64,000 nucleotides of DNA from a bacterium (GCA_030704665.1 JAUYID010000009.1:394460-458459), one strand, 5' to 3'. Counted from the stretch's first letter, positions 45,637-55,604 are shown. Notes: generated by a model not told the origin, from the letters alone. Numbers and translations: made by a program.

Positions 45637-46818
45637 TTATTTGATTCCGACCCAAGAAAGGAGAAAGAGGTTGTTGTTTTTTCTTTCAACCTCGAGTTTG
45701 TCGAGAGCGTCGTTTTGCTTACCGGCAAGAAACTCGAAGCCGGAAAGTGCTTCATTGCCTTTCCAAAAGCTGACTTGATCTGTTTGCAGACGCAAGGCTA
45801 AGGACTTTTCCTTTTCAAGCCAATTCTCAGCCGCTTGTGTCACCTTGCCTATTTTGTTCTTGTCCGAGCCAAAAGTAAGCTCTGTGAAGCTGTCAAGAAA
45901 ATCGACTGCTCCGTTGACTTCCTCCAAAATATCCTGATGAAAACTCGCCATCGCCACTGGCAAATTAGCCTCATTGATCTTGTTTAAACTTTCCGCAATA
46001 GCCTTGGCTTTGGTTAGGTTGCTCTTTGCCTTTTCTTGGCTACTACCTTGCAAGGATTCAATGATCATAGAAGATAAATCAACATAGGAGTTGGCGTAGG
46101 TCAGGTAGTACTGGGCAGTTTTTTCCGCTTCATTCAAATAATCTTGGGTATCTTCGCGCACATTGTCCAGGCTATCAGCAACTGGAGCGAGACGCGCACT
46201 AGTTGAGTTTTCTTTGACCAAACTCGAGAATTTATTGACCGAGGTGAGACCATCCTCACTGACCCGTTTAGCCGCTTGGGACAGCTCCAAAAGATTGCGG
46301 TAGCCCTTCAAAGGATCCAAATCTGGGGTTGAAAAACCCTTAACATTTTTGTTTTTGGCACTAGCTGTAGCTTCGTTAACTGCTTTTTTCAAAGCTAGAA
46401 AACTTAGCTCAGCTTTTTCCCCTCCTCCCCCACCGTTGGCAGTAAGTTCGATAGTACTAACTGTGGTTGAACTTGAAGAGTTGGTTACGTAGCTATAGAT
46501 TGCTTCGAGAGATTGGTTGACTTTAGCAGTCTTGTCACTGGTTTCGGCTAGAGCCTGCCGAGTAGTTTTGATGAAAGAAAGAGCGTTTACTCGAGGTAAA
46601 ATAGCGAAGAAAGTTATCCCTGCGCCAAGAGCCAAAACAAAGGCACCTGAGGCAAGGAGAACTTTGTTGATTCCGAAGACTTTGCCGCGCCCAACCACGG
46701 TTGGAACGGTGCCCTCTCTCTGGTGAAAAAAACTGGAAGGGTGGTCCATGGGAGTGCCACAGACGTGACAGAAGTGATCAGTCGGGGCGATTTGAGTTCC
46801 ACAATTGCGGCATTCCAT
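45637..46818 (-). CDS. membrane protein with N-terminal zinc ribbon
   Basis: MECRNCGTQIAPTDHFCHVCG, then a TM helix and a long helical ectodomain. Confidence 0.45.
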   Translation of the reverse strand: MECRNCGTQIAPTDHFCHVCGTPMDHPSSFFHQREGTVPTVVGRGKVFGINKVLLASGAFVLALGAGITFFAILPRVNALSFIKTTRQALAETSDKTAKVNQSLEAIYSYVTNSSSSTTVSTIELTANGGGGGEKAELSFLALKKAVNEATASAKNKNVKGFSTPDLDPLKGYRNLLELSQAAKRVSEDGLTSVNKFSSLVKENSTSARLAPVADSLDNVREDTQDYLNEAEKTAQYYLTYANSYVDLSSMIIESLQGSSQEKAKSNLTKAKAIAESLNKINEANLPVAMASFHQDILEEVNGAVDFLDSFTELTFGSDKNKIGKVTQAAENWLEKEKSLALRLQTDQVSFWKGNEALSGFEFLAGKQNDALDKLEVERKNNNLFLLSWVGIK

Positions 46819-47226
46819 AAGCTCATCTAATTTAGACTAAAGATTGGCTGCTTGTCAAAGATTAATTAAAGAGTTGGAGATTGGTTGGGAAGGAGTGTGC
46901 GAGGTCCTTCCCGGTTGTGTGTTGTTTTGGTTACCTTCGCACTTAGGTATCTGAATCGGCTTCATCGATCTCGCCGCCGCCTTCTAGGAGGTTAAGCAAG
47001 ATGAGTTCCGGCAAGAAGAAACCGACCGTACTTCCTACTCCAAACCACAGCAAGATCTCATGTAAGGCAGGTAGCTGTCGGGGCTGGGCTGGATTGATCC
47101 AATGCGCTCTTACCAGAGCTGCGGCCAAACCCGGACCAGTGATTGCAGCTCCGCCCAAATGGAGACCCAGAATCACACGGAATGGTTTTTTCAAAGTCGT
47201 CCCTCCTAACCTTTTCTTGGCTGGCT

Positions 47227-47442
47227 TTAGCGGTTGATTGGAACGAAGAGGAAAAAAAGGCCCAAAGCCAAAATTACCCCTCCGATGGCGGTGAAGCCGA
47301 AAGCAAAACCGCTTTCCTGCCCAGAGCTGATACTAAGGTAGATGACGACGCTTCCGACTACCGCAGCTACCAAACAGGTGAGACTGAAGAGATTCCTCCG
47401 GTTCAGGTCACTCTGTCGGGTTCGACCAAGATTGCGATCCAT
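47227..47442 (-). CDS. small 2-TM membrane protein (71 aa)
   Basis: Start set at MDRNLGRT. The N-terminal extension in the track reads through the terminator palindrome and is rejected. Confidence 0.35.
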   Translation of the reverse strand: MDRNLGRTRQSDLNRRNLFSLTCLVAAVVGSVVIYLSISSGQESGFAFGFTAIGGVILALGLFFLFVPINR

Positions 47443-47528
47443 GCACTTGCTCCCCTTCTGAAAGTGAAATCCCTTTCCGATATGAAAATTATACTCTAGG
47501 GAAGCAAGGTTTATTTGTGAATTATGTG

Positions 47529-47559
47529 TGAAAAACAAAATGTCCACCCGACGGGTGGA
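47529..47559 (-). terminator. intrinsic terminator (TGTCCACCCG..CGGGTGGACA) of the 47615 gene
   Basis: GC-rich palindrome followed on the minus strand by TTTTGTTTTTC. A near-identical copy lies at 55465-55487. Confidence 0.55.
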
Positions 47560-47614
47560 CAAAGGTTATCAGGAGTGTTGGGCAGGTGTTGGACGGGCCC
47601 TCTACTCCTTTGTC

Positions 47615-47845
47615 CTACTTGTTAACACTTTTCCGAATGGTGTCCACGATCGAAAAGGTTGCATAGAGAATCGTTAAGAGGAAAAAGGATGCTCCTGCAA
47701 GAACGATCACCGAGTAACCGGGGTTGTCGAGGACGATAGCTGCGGAAGTAACAAGAAACCCATATGAAACAAGGGCGCTTCCTAGTACTATGTCGGCGAC
47801 CGGAGACTCTTTTCTGGACCCTGAGGTCCTACTTTTCTGAATCAC
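47615..47845 (-). CDS. small membrane protein
   Basis: 76 aa with 2 TM helices. Confidence 0.35.
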   Translation of the reverse strand: MIQKSRTSGSRKESPVADIVLGSALVSYGFLVTSAAIVLDNPGYSVIVLAGASFFLLTILYATFSIVDTIRKSVNK

Positions 47846-47943
47846 GATCTTTCTCCTTGAGGTAGTAGCAGAAAAAGAGGTGCGTGCTCTTTTCCTGCCT
47901 TGGGTTGTTGGAACCTATCAGACGACGCACTAGATTTTCGATC

Positions 47944-48378
47944 TCACTCCTTCCGGGCTGCGGTCTTCTTGGCGGCGGGCTTGGTTTTGACCGTCATCGA
48001 GCTGAAGCTCTTGGGCCGTCCACGTCTCTGTACTGCTTTGGTCAGGTAGCCTTCAGCCGACTGACGGACGAAGCGGCGCACCGCGGTCGAGAAGGTAAAG
48101 TGGACTCCACAGCTTGGGCAGATGAAAACGAAGCTCCAACGCGACCTTCTGAAGGTGCCGTTCAGGTCTTCGAATAGCGCATTAAGCTCCTTGGCGCGGA
48201 GATCGCTGACCTTGAGACTTTTCTCCTCGTGACCTAGCCGCAGATAGCTAGCTATATCGTAGCGGATTTTGTCCCAGCCACGGCAACCTTCGGCTTGGCG
48301 TGGACAGCTGATACGGCCGTCCATCAGAAGACCTGCCTCATCGTACTTTGCGTGTAGGGTCAGAATAAACTCAAGCAT
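47944..48378 (-). CDS. hypothetical Cys-rich protein with basic tail
   Basis: CPRQAEGC and CPSCG clusters; C-terminal KPAAKKTAARKE. Confidence 0.35.
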   Translation of the reverse strand: MLEFILTLHAKYDEAGLLMDGRISCPRQAEGCRGWDKIRYDIASYLRLGHEEKSLKVSDLRAKELNALFEDLNGTFRRSRWSFVFICPSCGVHFTFSTAVRRFVRQSAEGYLTKAVQRRGRPKSFSSMTVKTKPAAKKTAARKE

Positions 48379-48415
48379 GATTCTCCTTCTTCCTCCACCG
48401 ATCAGGTGGGCTGAG

Positions 48416-48958
48416 TCAGTCGTTGCCTGACGGTGTTGTGCTCAAGGATCGCTCAAGCGTACGGATCTCATGGCGTTGCGCCAGTATTGTTCGGCCGACT
48501 CGGTACAAGGACCGATTTCCTTGCTCGTGGATCTCATCGAGGCGGACTTTGACAAGCCCGTTTGGAGACAGTTCCCGGATCGTGGCACGTGCAACCAGGT
48601 GATACTCACCAGTGCCTCCGACAAACTTGATTCGGTCTCCAACCTTCATGGAAAAGCTCAACCGAGCTTGTTCAAGAACGTACTCCTTTAGCCCTTCAAG
48701 TTGTGTTGGTTGTCTCAGTCCCCTTGAGACGACACAATAAATGAGAGCGAAGGGTGTTAGTGCCGCTGCCATTGAACTACCAAAGAAGATGGTGGGTATG
48801 GCTAGAGGCGTAGGTATGGCCGGACCATGCTTGTCAGGCCTCATTAGCTCCCCTACCTTTTCTGGGCGAAAGATAAGGAGGTGGATAGTCAGGCCCATAC
48901 CTCCCAGAGCTGACAGAGCGAGATAGACTTTTGCTGCTCGGGCCAAAAGCCTTTTCAA
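48416..48958 (-). CDS. membrane-anchored hypothetical protein
   Basis: 180 aa with two N-terminal TM helices. Confidence 0.35.
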   Translation of the reverse strand: MKRLLARAAKVYLALSALGGMGLTIHLLIFRPEKVGELMRPDKHGPAIPTPLAIPTIFFGSSMAAALTPFALIYCVVSRGLRQPTQLEGLKEYVLEQARLSFSMKVGDRIKFVGGTGEYHLVARATIRELSPNGLVKVRLDEIHEQGNRSLYRVGRTILAQRHEIRTLERSLSTTPSGND

Positions 48959-49079
48959 GAGATCACCTCCATAGTTTCTTCCGATGATACTACTCCCGTT
49001 TCAGTTAGGAGTATTATACGTCGAGCTAGCAAACAAGAGTTATAATGAGAGCAACGAAGAGTGAGAAAGGAAGAAAGCA

Positions 49080-49466
49080 GTGAACGTGTGGATTGTGACC
49101 CAGGGACGAGGTGCAAGACGGTTCATCGAAAGATTGGCTGCTGATGAAAGCATTCACGTCAATCCAGCGATGGAAAGAAAGGGCTTGGAGACGATTCTCA
49201 AAGACCCAAAGCTCTGTGCTGAGATGGACGCGCTCATCATTCATGGCGATGTGCTTGTGAGGGCAACTTGGGTTGATCCAGAACTGATCGGTCAGTTGAA
49301 ACTCCTCTCTTTTTGGAAAGAGAAGGTCGAGGTGATCCTCTTTTTCACCAACAAACGTACTGAGTCAAGTCTGCGCCGTTTCGCGTCAGGCTTTCGTTTT
49401 GTTGCCCATCCGGCTGATCCAGGTGATCTCTACGAGCAAGTGAAAGCACTCGCGGTGCGGAGCTGA
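49080..49466 (+). CDS. hypothetical protein
   Basis: GTG start after AAAGGAAG and a GTTATAAT -10-like box. 128 aa. Confidence 0.35.
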   Translation: MNVWIVTQGRGARRFIERLAADESIHVNPAMERKGLETILKDPKLCAEMDALIIHGDVLVRATWVDPELIGQLKLLSFWKEKVEVILFFTNKRTESSLRRFASGFRFVAHPADPGDLYEQVKALAVRS

Positions 49467-49485
49467 AAGAAGGAGAAGAAGAACC

Positions 49486-49833
49486 ATGGTCAAGACCGCG
49501 ACGAAAAAGCCTGTTGGGAAGAAAGCCCGCAAGGCAGTCTCTCGGGTAGCGGGAAGAAAGATCCGTGTCCAGCGCAAGCCGAAGGTCTACCTGAACGTAG
49601 GCATTGAGGTTTTCTCCGAGGAAGACGGGAGCTTGGTGAGAGCGGCTCTTCCAAAACCAGTTCCCGAGGTTTTAGCTGCAGGCAAGATTCTTCGTAGAGC
49701 CAAACAATATGCAAAGAAGCTCTGCAAGGAAAGAGGACGCACCTTCGCTAAGGTAGGCATCAGGTACATCACGCCAGTGTCCAGTCCTTCAGGAATTGTG
49801 CGCAGTCCTCGTTCCCACAAGGGTGGTCCCTGA
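49486..49833 (+). CDS. basic (Lys/Arg-rich) histone-like hypothetical protein
   Basis: KKPVGKKARKAVSRVAGRKIRVQRKPK N-terminus. Confidence 0.35.
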   Translation: MVKTATKKPVGKKARKAVSRVAGRKIRVQRKPKVYLNVGIEVFSEEDGSLVRAALPKPVPEVLAAGKILRRAKQYAKKLCKERGRTFAKVGIRYITPVSSPSGIVRSPRSHKGGP

Positions 49834-49868
49834 TCACCCTTCCCCCTCCCTTTAATTTAAGTACGGGT

Positions 49869-50288
49869 TTAGTCGTTGAGGATTTTAAAAAGCCTTTCCC
49901 TTTCTTCTTTCGGTAGATCTAAATAGAGGGGTGTGCGGTGCTTGTCGATTTTCTCATAAATCTCATCTCCGAGTTCTCTGGGAATGATATGAAAGTGAAG
50001 GTGGTTGACGTGGATGCGGCTTTCGGCCATGTAAGGTTTAAAATTTTGACGTATCTCAGTCCCACTTGCCAATTTATCAAGAATTCTCTCTTGAAAGAGA
50101 GACAAAAAGTCTAGAATCTCACTTTTCTCTTTTTCCGAAAGTTCAATGAGTTTTTCAATGTGTCTCTTGGGGATGACCAGGAGGTGTCCGGGAGCGACGC
50201 GGGGGTTGCTGAAAATCACGTAGGAGAATTCCCCTTCTTTCAAAGTCCGGCTTTGGGTTTCTGGACTACAAAAAGGACAAATAATCAT
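49869..50288 (-). CDS. HIT-family hydrolase
   Basis: Histidine triad HVNHLHFHIIPR. Confidence 0.8.
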   Translation of the reverse strand: MIICPFCSPETQSRTLKEGEFSYVIFSNPRVAPGHLLVIPKRHIEKLIELSEKEKSEILDFLSLFQERILDKLASGTEIRQNFKPYMAESRIHVNHLHFHIIPRELGDEIYEKIDKHRTPLYLDLPKEERERLFKILND

Positions 50289-50319
50289 TTGGGTAAATAA
50301 TAACGGAACTGGAGGTAAA

Positions 50320-50428
50320 TGTCATTCTGAGCGCTTAGCGAAGAATCTAAAAGAGATCTTTCACGGAGCCTGCACTTGAGACTCTTCACTTCGTTCAGAG
50401 TGACAGAGTCGAAGTGTTCAGGATGACA
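50320..50428. repeat. nested composite of TIR-derived palindromes
   Basis: TGTCATTCTGAGCGCTTAGCGAAGAATCT, then GAGATCTTTCACGG..., then GAGACTCTTCACTTCGTTCAGAGTGACA, ending ...TTCAGGATGACA. Confidence 0.6.
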
Positions 50429-50750
50429 ACTTGGGTTTCTAGGTAATAAAAGAAGGTGAGGGTGAGGTTGCCGCCTTGAGAAATGATTCTTGGTGGCAAC
50501 CCCAGTTTGTCTCTCCGCTCCTGATACCAGCTAAGTTCAGGTTACCTCGAAAGGTGCCCGACTGCGGTTAACTCCGCGATGACAGGAACGGAGGAGACGG
50601 CGGGTGGTTGTGGCAGCGTGTCAGTGCAGAACCTTGCGGTCACTTTTGCTCATAGGTAGGGTCACCGTGAGGCGTCTGCGAACACAACCACCCTAAGACG
50701 AACGGAAGGATCCCTCTCCCGCTATCCTCCTTGCGATCCACTTCTCCTTC

Positions 50751-51101
50751 TCAGCACTTGGGCCGACTGCGTTTACCGGCCTTACTGAAACGCTTGAGCG
50801 TCCCGATCACCGGATCTTCGGCTTCTTCCGTGTTGAAGATGATGCGGCACTTCCTGCAGTAGGTGTCGGATACATTGAACGGGTCGCTAAACATCCGTAG
50901 ACCTGCCAGTAAGTCGCTGACTGCCTGCGGTAGAGAAAAGACTCGGACGTGAATTGCCAAGTCGTGTTTCCCTCTATCGACTGGACAGGGCCAGTCCGGA
51001 AGTTTGGCCATCCGTTGTTGAAGAGCCTTGCCGACTTCTCCGGTCGGGGTGATGTTTGTATCCCCACCCATTCCCCGGTTCAGCTTGGTTGCTAAAACCA
51101 T
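50751..51101 (-). CDS. hypothetical protein
   Basis: 116 aa with a Cys pair. Low confidence. Confidence 0.3.
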   Translation of the reverse strand: MVLATKLNRGMGGDTNITPTGEVGKALQQRMAKLPDWPCPVDRGKHDLAIHVRVFSLPQAVSDLLAGLRMFSDPFNVSDTYCRKCRIIFNTEEAEDPVIGTLKRFSKAGKRSRPKC

Positions 51102-51196
51102 GATCCTTCCTCTCCTTCTAACTACCGTTGATTAAAAAGATTATACTGCGAGATCGCAAACAATGTGGATATTTAAAAAAGCTTAAATTTTGCCAT

Positions 51197-51248
51197 GAAA
51201 AAGCCCGATGATCAGTGGTTGCTCACGTTGCAACTTGATCGATCGGGC
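51197..51248 (-). terminator. intrinsic terminator of the helicase gene
   Basis: Stem GCCCGAT...ATCGGGC followed on the minus strand by TTTTTCATGG. Confidence 0.5.
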
Positions 51249-51292
51249 TCCGCGCTTTTGGAATGAGGTGCGCGTTTTCCTCTTTTGTCTCT

Positions 51293-54200
51293 CTATTTGG
51301 CCGAGGTCACCTGTAGGTGATCTGGTTCTTCCATGACTTCGAGTAGGATGGCGACTTTCCGGTGAGGTCGATCAGAGATCGTGTACTCTTGCGAGACACA
51401 ACCCCAATAATCGGAAACTCCGTCCGGAATTGCCAGGAAGTTGTCCGTATCGAAGTGGTAGGTCGCACTGTCTCTTTGGAAGGCAAGAGGGTTGCCCTTC
51501 AAGTCGAGCTTGAAGCACCAGAGGCCGAACTCGTGGTAGGAGCGGTACTCTTCCTCGAGGCGGGTTTTGTTGGCTAGATAGGTCTCCCACTCCTTCTCCG
51601 CTGCTTCTTGCACTCGGCGCTCGGCTAGGGCTTCTTCGCTTGCTCGCCGGGCCTTTTCTCTCGCTTCGTCTTCCCGTCGAGCTTCTTCAGTACGGCGTGT
51701 GGCCCTACGCTCTTTGAGGTGAGCATAGTTCTGGAGCTTGCCCTCGATCGCCTCGAGACTTTCAAAGATCTCCTTCTCAAAGAAAGTCTCGTTCAGCTGA
51801 ATCTCGAGGTGAATAAGTTGGGAGCGGGTGCGCGTTATTTCCGTTTGGGAAGCGTTCCAGCTTTCCCAGTCAGTACGCAGTTCCCTCTCAATCTCGAGGT
51901 GTTCGTCCTTGAGTTCTCGGATCCGCTGTCGAAGCTTTTCGACGATAGGGACAGCTTTCTCTGCTCGGCTCGGATCCCACAGAGGAGATCTTGGGTCGAG
52001 ACAGATGCTGCCCCAACGTGTTAAAGCTTGCTCCCCGACGAAGTCGGAGACTCGCAGAAAGAGCTCTTTGTCCTCGGTTTCTGCCACACTGGTTGCTTCT
52101 CCGAGAGCTTCAAGATAGAAAGTCTCGAGTCGGGTGGGGAGGGGAGTCGAAATTACTCCTCCACTACGGCGGTTGATCAGCTCCAGCTCCCTGAGAATGA
52201 TACGGTTGTGCTCTTGACAAGGGTGGAGGTTTTGGTAACCGGCCAGATCGCGAGCAAAGCGTGCGACCACCTCTGGTCCTTGCGCTCGAGCTTCGCGACT
52301 CGTGATCGCCGTGCCGCGGAAATAGAGACTTTCCGTCACCACGTAGGCCTGATGCTGAGCCGACCAGTAAGGGTCGCCCTCAGACTTAGCGCGAATCATG
52401 TGCGGAGCGATCTCAACAATCCAGTCCGGCTTGATCGCTGTGTTGTTGCGGGCGTAGGTCTTTGCTCCCCGCTTGCCGATGGACTCAACCACATTTTCGC
52501 AAACCAGAAGGTTTGGTCCGAAGTGGAAGAGGACGCTGCCGGGGTGAATGAAGACACTGCCACGCTTGGCCATGCGGTAAGCGTAGTTCCAGTCTGCCTT
52601 GGCGATGTTCTGGATCAGTCCAGCGGCGATCGCCTTGCAGATTTTGTCGGCAACTGCCCTTTCTTCGTCAGTGCGGTCGCGGTTTTCGAGAAAACCGAGG
52701 CGGCTGAATTGGATTGGGCTGCGGTCGATGACCTCCAGCAACTGGTCACGGATGTTGATGATCTCGTCCAGTGATCGGCTGTTGAGGAAGTTTGCTTCCG
52801 CCACTTGCCGATTGCGCCCTTCCCGTTCGTACCAGTAGATGGCGTTGAGACGGGTGAGCAGATCGCTGCGCGGGTGAAGGAACTTTCTTTGGGACTCTTT
52901 CGCCTCGTACTTCTTATCGTCTTGGGGACGGAAGAAGATTTCTTTGGCGGAAAGGGCGGCGGCAATGGTGACGATTTCCTCGACACAACCGTAGTCCTCC
53001 GCTGCCAAAATCATGCGGCCGATACGCGGTTCCAAAGGAAGATCGAGCAGGCGCTCCCCGATTTCGGTAAGCGTCCTTTCCGAGGTGATCGCCTCGAAGT
53101 CGGTCAAAGCCTCCAGTGCGTGCTGGATGTTTTCCCAACTTGGGTTGTCGACGAACTCGAAATCCTCCGGCCGCGTGATTCTCAGACCGAGCATCCGCAA
53201 GACGACTCCAGAGAGATCCGTCCTTTGGATCTCTGGCTCGGTAAAGTCGGGTCGTTGGTAGTCAAATTCTTCCTCGCGAAAGAGTCGCCAACACACTCCC
53301 GGTTGCGTCCGTCCAGCTCGGCCAGCTCGTTGCGCCAGCCCAGCTTTGCTGTGCTTGCGCGGCTTGAGCGAGCCGATACCAGTGATTGGATCGAAGTTGG
53401 TCTGGTTGATCAGACCAGAATCGAGGACGTAGACGACGCCATCAATGGTGATTGAGGTTTCGGCCACGTTGGTCGCGACGATGACCTTGCGGACATTCGC
53501 CGGTTCCAAAATGCGCCGTTGTTCCTCCACTGACATCTCACCATGAGCTGGAAGACACACTAGCCCGGAAAGTTCCAATCGACCAATCAACTCGATGACT
53601 CGGTTGATCTGAGCCTTGCTCGTCATGAAGACGAGGATGTCCCCGGCTTTGCCCGAGCGGTGGATTTCCGCCACCTTGAGCGCGGCCAGGCCTTCGGGTA
53701 GAAACTCGTAGCCGAACTTGTCGCGGGCGTTGCTGCTGAAGCTTTGATCAATGTAATTGACCGAGACCTCATACATACGACCCTCGACGTTGAGAACGGG
53801 TGCCCTGTTGAAAAAGTCCGAAAACTTTTCCGCATCGATGGTCGCCGACATGACGACGACGCGCAGCTCTGGACGTACTACCAAGGCCCTTTTGACTAGG
53901 CCGAGACAGAAGTCGGTGTTGAGACTGCGCTCATGACATTCGTCCAGCACCAAGACGTTGTAGGCGCTGAAGTTTGGGTCGTTGCGGGCCTCTTGAAGAA
54001 GGATGCCGTCGGTCATGAATTTGACCAGGGTTCCCTCTGCGGTGCGGTCGTCGAAGCGAATCTTGTAGCCGACATCTTCACCGACTCGGGTTCCCAGCTG
54101 TCCGGCGACATATTCGGCTACTGAAGTAGCGGCCAGACGACGGGGTTGGGTGACTCCGATTTTGGTGAAGCCGTCCCCCACCAAGTAGAGTGGAGTTTGA

Positions 54201-54319
54201 GTGGTCTTACCGCTGCCGGTTTCGCCGACGATGATGACCACCTGATTGTTTTTCACCGCCTCGATGATCTTGTGGCGGTGAGCTGCAATGGGTAAATCAG
54301 TGCGTCCTAGCACGTGCAC
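51293..54319 (-). CDS. DEAH-box ATP-dependent helicase (HrpA/HrpB-like) with long C-terminal coiled-coil extension
   Basis: GETGSGKTTQ (motif I), DECHERS (motif II), SATIDAEKF, TNVAETSITIDGV and QRAGRAGR, plus HA2 and OB regions, followed by about 350 unassigned residues. Confidence 0.85.
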   Translation of the reverse strand: MHVLGRTDLPIAAHRHKIIEAVKNNQVVIIVGETGSGKTTQTPLYLVGDGFTKIGVTQPRRLAATSVAEYVAGQLGTRVGEDVGYKIRFDDRTAEGTLVKFMTDGILLQEARNDPNFSAYNVLVLDECHERSLNTDFCLGLVKRALVVRPELRVVVMSATIDAEKFSDFFNRAPVLNVEGRMYEVSVNYIDQSFSSNARDKFGYEFLPEGLAALKVAEIHRSGKAGDILVFMTSKAQINRVIELIGRLELSGLVCLPAHGEMSVEEQRRILEPANVRKVIVATNVAETSITIDGVVYVLDSGLINQTNFDPITGIGSLKPRKHSKAGLAQRAGRAGRTQPGVCWRLFREEEFDYQRPDFTEPEIQRTDLSGVVLRMLGLRITRPEDFEFVDNPSWENIQHALEALTDFEAITSERTLTEIGERLLDLPLEPRIGRMILAAEDYGCVEEIVTIAAALSAKEIFFRPQDDKKYEAKESQRKFLHPRSDLLTRLNAIYWYEREGRNRQVAEANFLNSRSLDEIINIRDQLLEVIDRSPIQFSRLGFLENRDRTDEERAVADKICKAIAAGLIQNIAKADWNYAYRMAKRGSVFIHPGSVLFHFGPNLLVCENVVESIGKRGAKTYARNNTAIKPDWIVEIAPHMIRAKSEGDPYWSAQHQAYVVTESLYFRGTAITSREARAQGPEVVARFARDLAGYQNLHPCQEHNRIILRELELINRRSGGVISTPLPTRLETFYLEALGEATSVAETEDKELFLRVSDFVGEQALTRWGSICLDPRSPLWDPSRAEKAVPIVEKLRQRIRELKDEHLEIERELRTDWESWNASQTEITRTRSQLIHLEIQLNETFFEKEIFESLEAIEGKLQNYAHLKERRATRRTEEARREDEAREKARRASEEALAERRVQEAAEKEWETYLANKTRLEEEYRSYHEFGLWCFKLDLKGNPLAFQRDSATYHFDTDNFLAIPDGVSDYWGCVSQEYTISDRPHRKVAILLEVMEEPDHLQVTSAK

Positions 54320-54804
54320 ACCCTTTCTACACTGCTTTCTTCTAGGTTTCGTTTGTCAACACAAGCAGAGTCCCCTTTCGGGAAGACCCACCCTGCCTGG
54401 TCCAGATTTGGCTGGACTTGCGCGCCATTTTGTCGGCGAGCCATTCTTGTCGAGCAGGGTTGCTCGGTTGCCTCTCGATTCTTTTAGAAAGAGAGCAAAA
54501 AGGTTGGCGTTGCTAAGTCATCACTTCACTCCTTGACTATTCGTTGGTTGATTTCCTCAACTTGAGGTAGCTACCTACTTTTTATGAAAAATAGACAATT
54601 ACCTCAAGAGAGGAGTTTTTCAAAGTGCGAGTTTTCTAGCCACAATTTTAGCACAAATTTAAAATAAAGTAAAGACTATAAGCCACTTTGTGGCTTGCGT
54701 AGTTACACAACTAAAGCTGCTTCTTGGCTTGTATTAACTTGGCTAACTAAGGACCTTCTATAGTCTGTCTCTTTGCTTGAAGTTGGGTCAGGTTTGGGGG
54801 ATAA

Positions 54805-55353
54805 TTGGAATCTATGGAAACTGCAACTCTGGCAGGCGGGTGTTTTTGGTGCACCGAGGCTATTTTCAAAAGGCTCAAAGGAGTGGAAAAAATTATTCCG
54901 GGCTATTCTGGTGGTAGCGTGGGCCGGCCCACCTACTATAATGTATCTGAAGGCAGGAGCGGGCACGCTGAGGCAATCCAGATAGAATTCGATCCGAAGG
55001 TTATCACCTACGAGAAACTGCTTGAAGTTTTTTTCAAACTTCACGATCCCACTACTCTCAACCAACAAGGTAACGATGTTGGGACTCAATACCGCTCGGT
55101 GATTTTTTATCACGATGAAAGGCAAAAAACAGCGGCGGAGAAAATAAAAAAACAAATTGAGAAAGAGAAGATCTATTCTAAACCCCTTGTCACTGAGGTT
55201 GTCGCCTTTGAAAAATTCTTCAAAGCTGAGGATTACCACTTGGACTACTACGCCAAAAATCCTGAGCAGCCCTACTGTCGAGTCATCATCGATCCGAAGA
55301 TAACGAAGCTGTATAAACTTTTCGCTCCCGAAATCAAAGAGAAGCAAAATTAG
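54805..55353 (+). CDS. msrA: peptide methionine sulfoxide reductase MsrA
   Basis: AGGCFWCTEAIF is the active-site GCFWC motif; followed by HDPTTLNQQGNDVGTQYRS. The start may be the Met 9 nt downstream. Confidence 0.9.
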   Translation: MESMETATLAGGCFWCTEAIFKRLKGVEKIIPGYSGGSVGRPTYYNVSEGRSGHAEAIQIEFDPKVITYEKLLEVFFKLHDPTTLNQQGNDVGTQYRSVIFYHDERQKTAAEKIKKQIEKEKIYSKPLVTEVVAFEKFFKAEDYHLDYYAKNPEQPYCRVIIDPKITKLYKLFAPEIKEKQN

Positions 55354-55458
55354 AGGGTTTTAGGCTTGCGAAAGTTTGCGAAAAGACTGTACTTGTCTTA
55401 GAAATTTTTGAGTAAATGGTTAGCCAAGTATAAAGAATTCAAAGATATGGTCAAGGAA

Positions 55459-55487
55459 TGAAAAGTGTCCACCCGTCGGGTGGACAC
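55459..55487 (-). terminator. second copy of the GTGTCCACCCG..CGGGTGGACAC palindrome
   Basis: 10-bp perfect stem followed on the minus strand by TTTTCATTCC. Confidence 0.4.
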
Positions 55488-55516
55488 TTACGAGGCAACA
55501 AAAAACTAGCCTTCCT

Positions 55517-55604
55517 CTGTCACCCTCGAGAAATCGAGGATCTAGATTCTCAGTAGAGCGCTACACACTCTGCGCTTGATTACAATCTTCAAGCTGAGAA
55601 TGAC
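55517..55604. repeat. palindromic element variant with 40-nt internal insertion
   Basis: TGTCACCCTCGAGAAATCGAGGATCTAGATTCTCAG...CAAGCTGAGAATGACG. Same architecture as the copy at 36203. Confidence 0.55.

Noticed and set aside
47443-47562. N-terminal extension of ORF 47227..47562 (MSTRRVDILFF...)
   Set aside because: It is encoded by the GC-rich terminator palindrome TGTCCACCCG..CGGGTGGACA and the U-tract. The real gene more plausibly starts at the internal Met (47442).
54703-55347. Minus-strand 214-aa ORF overlapping msrA
   Set aside because: msrA on the plus strand has an unmistakable GCFWC active site. The minus ORF is its antisense shadow.
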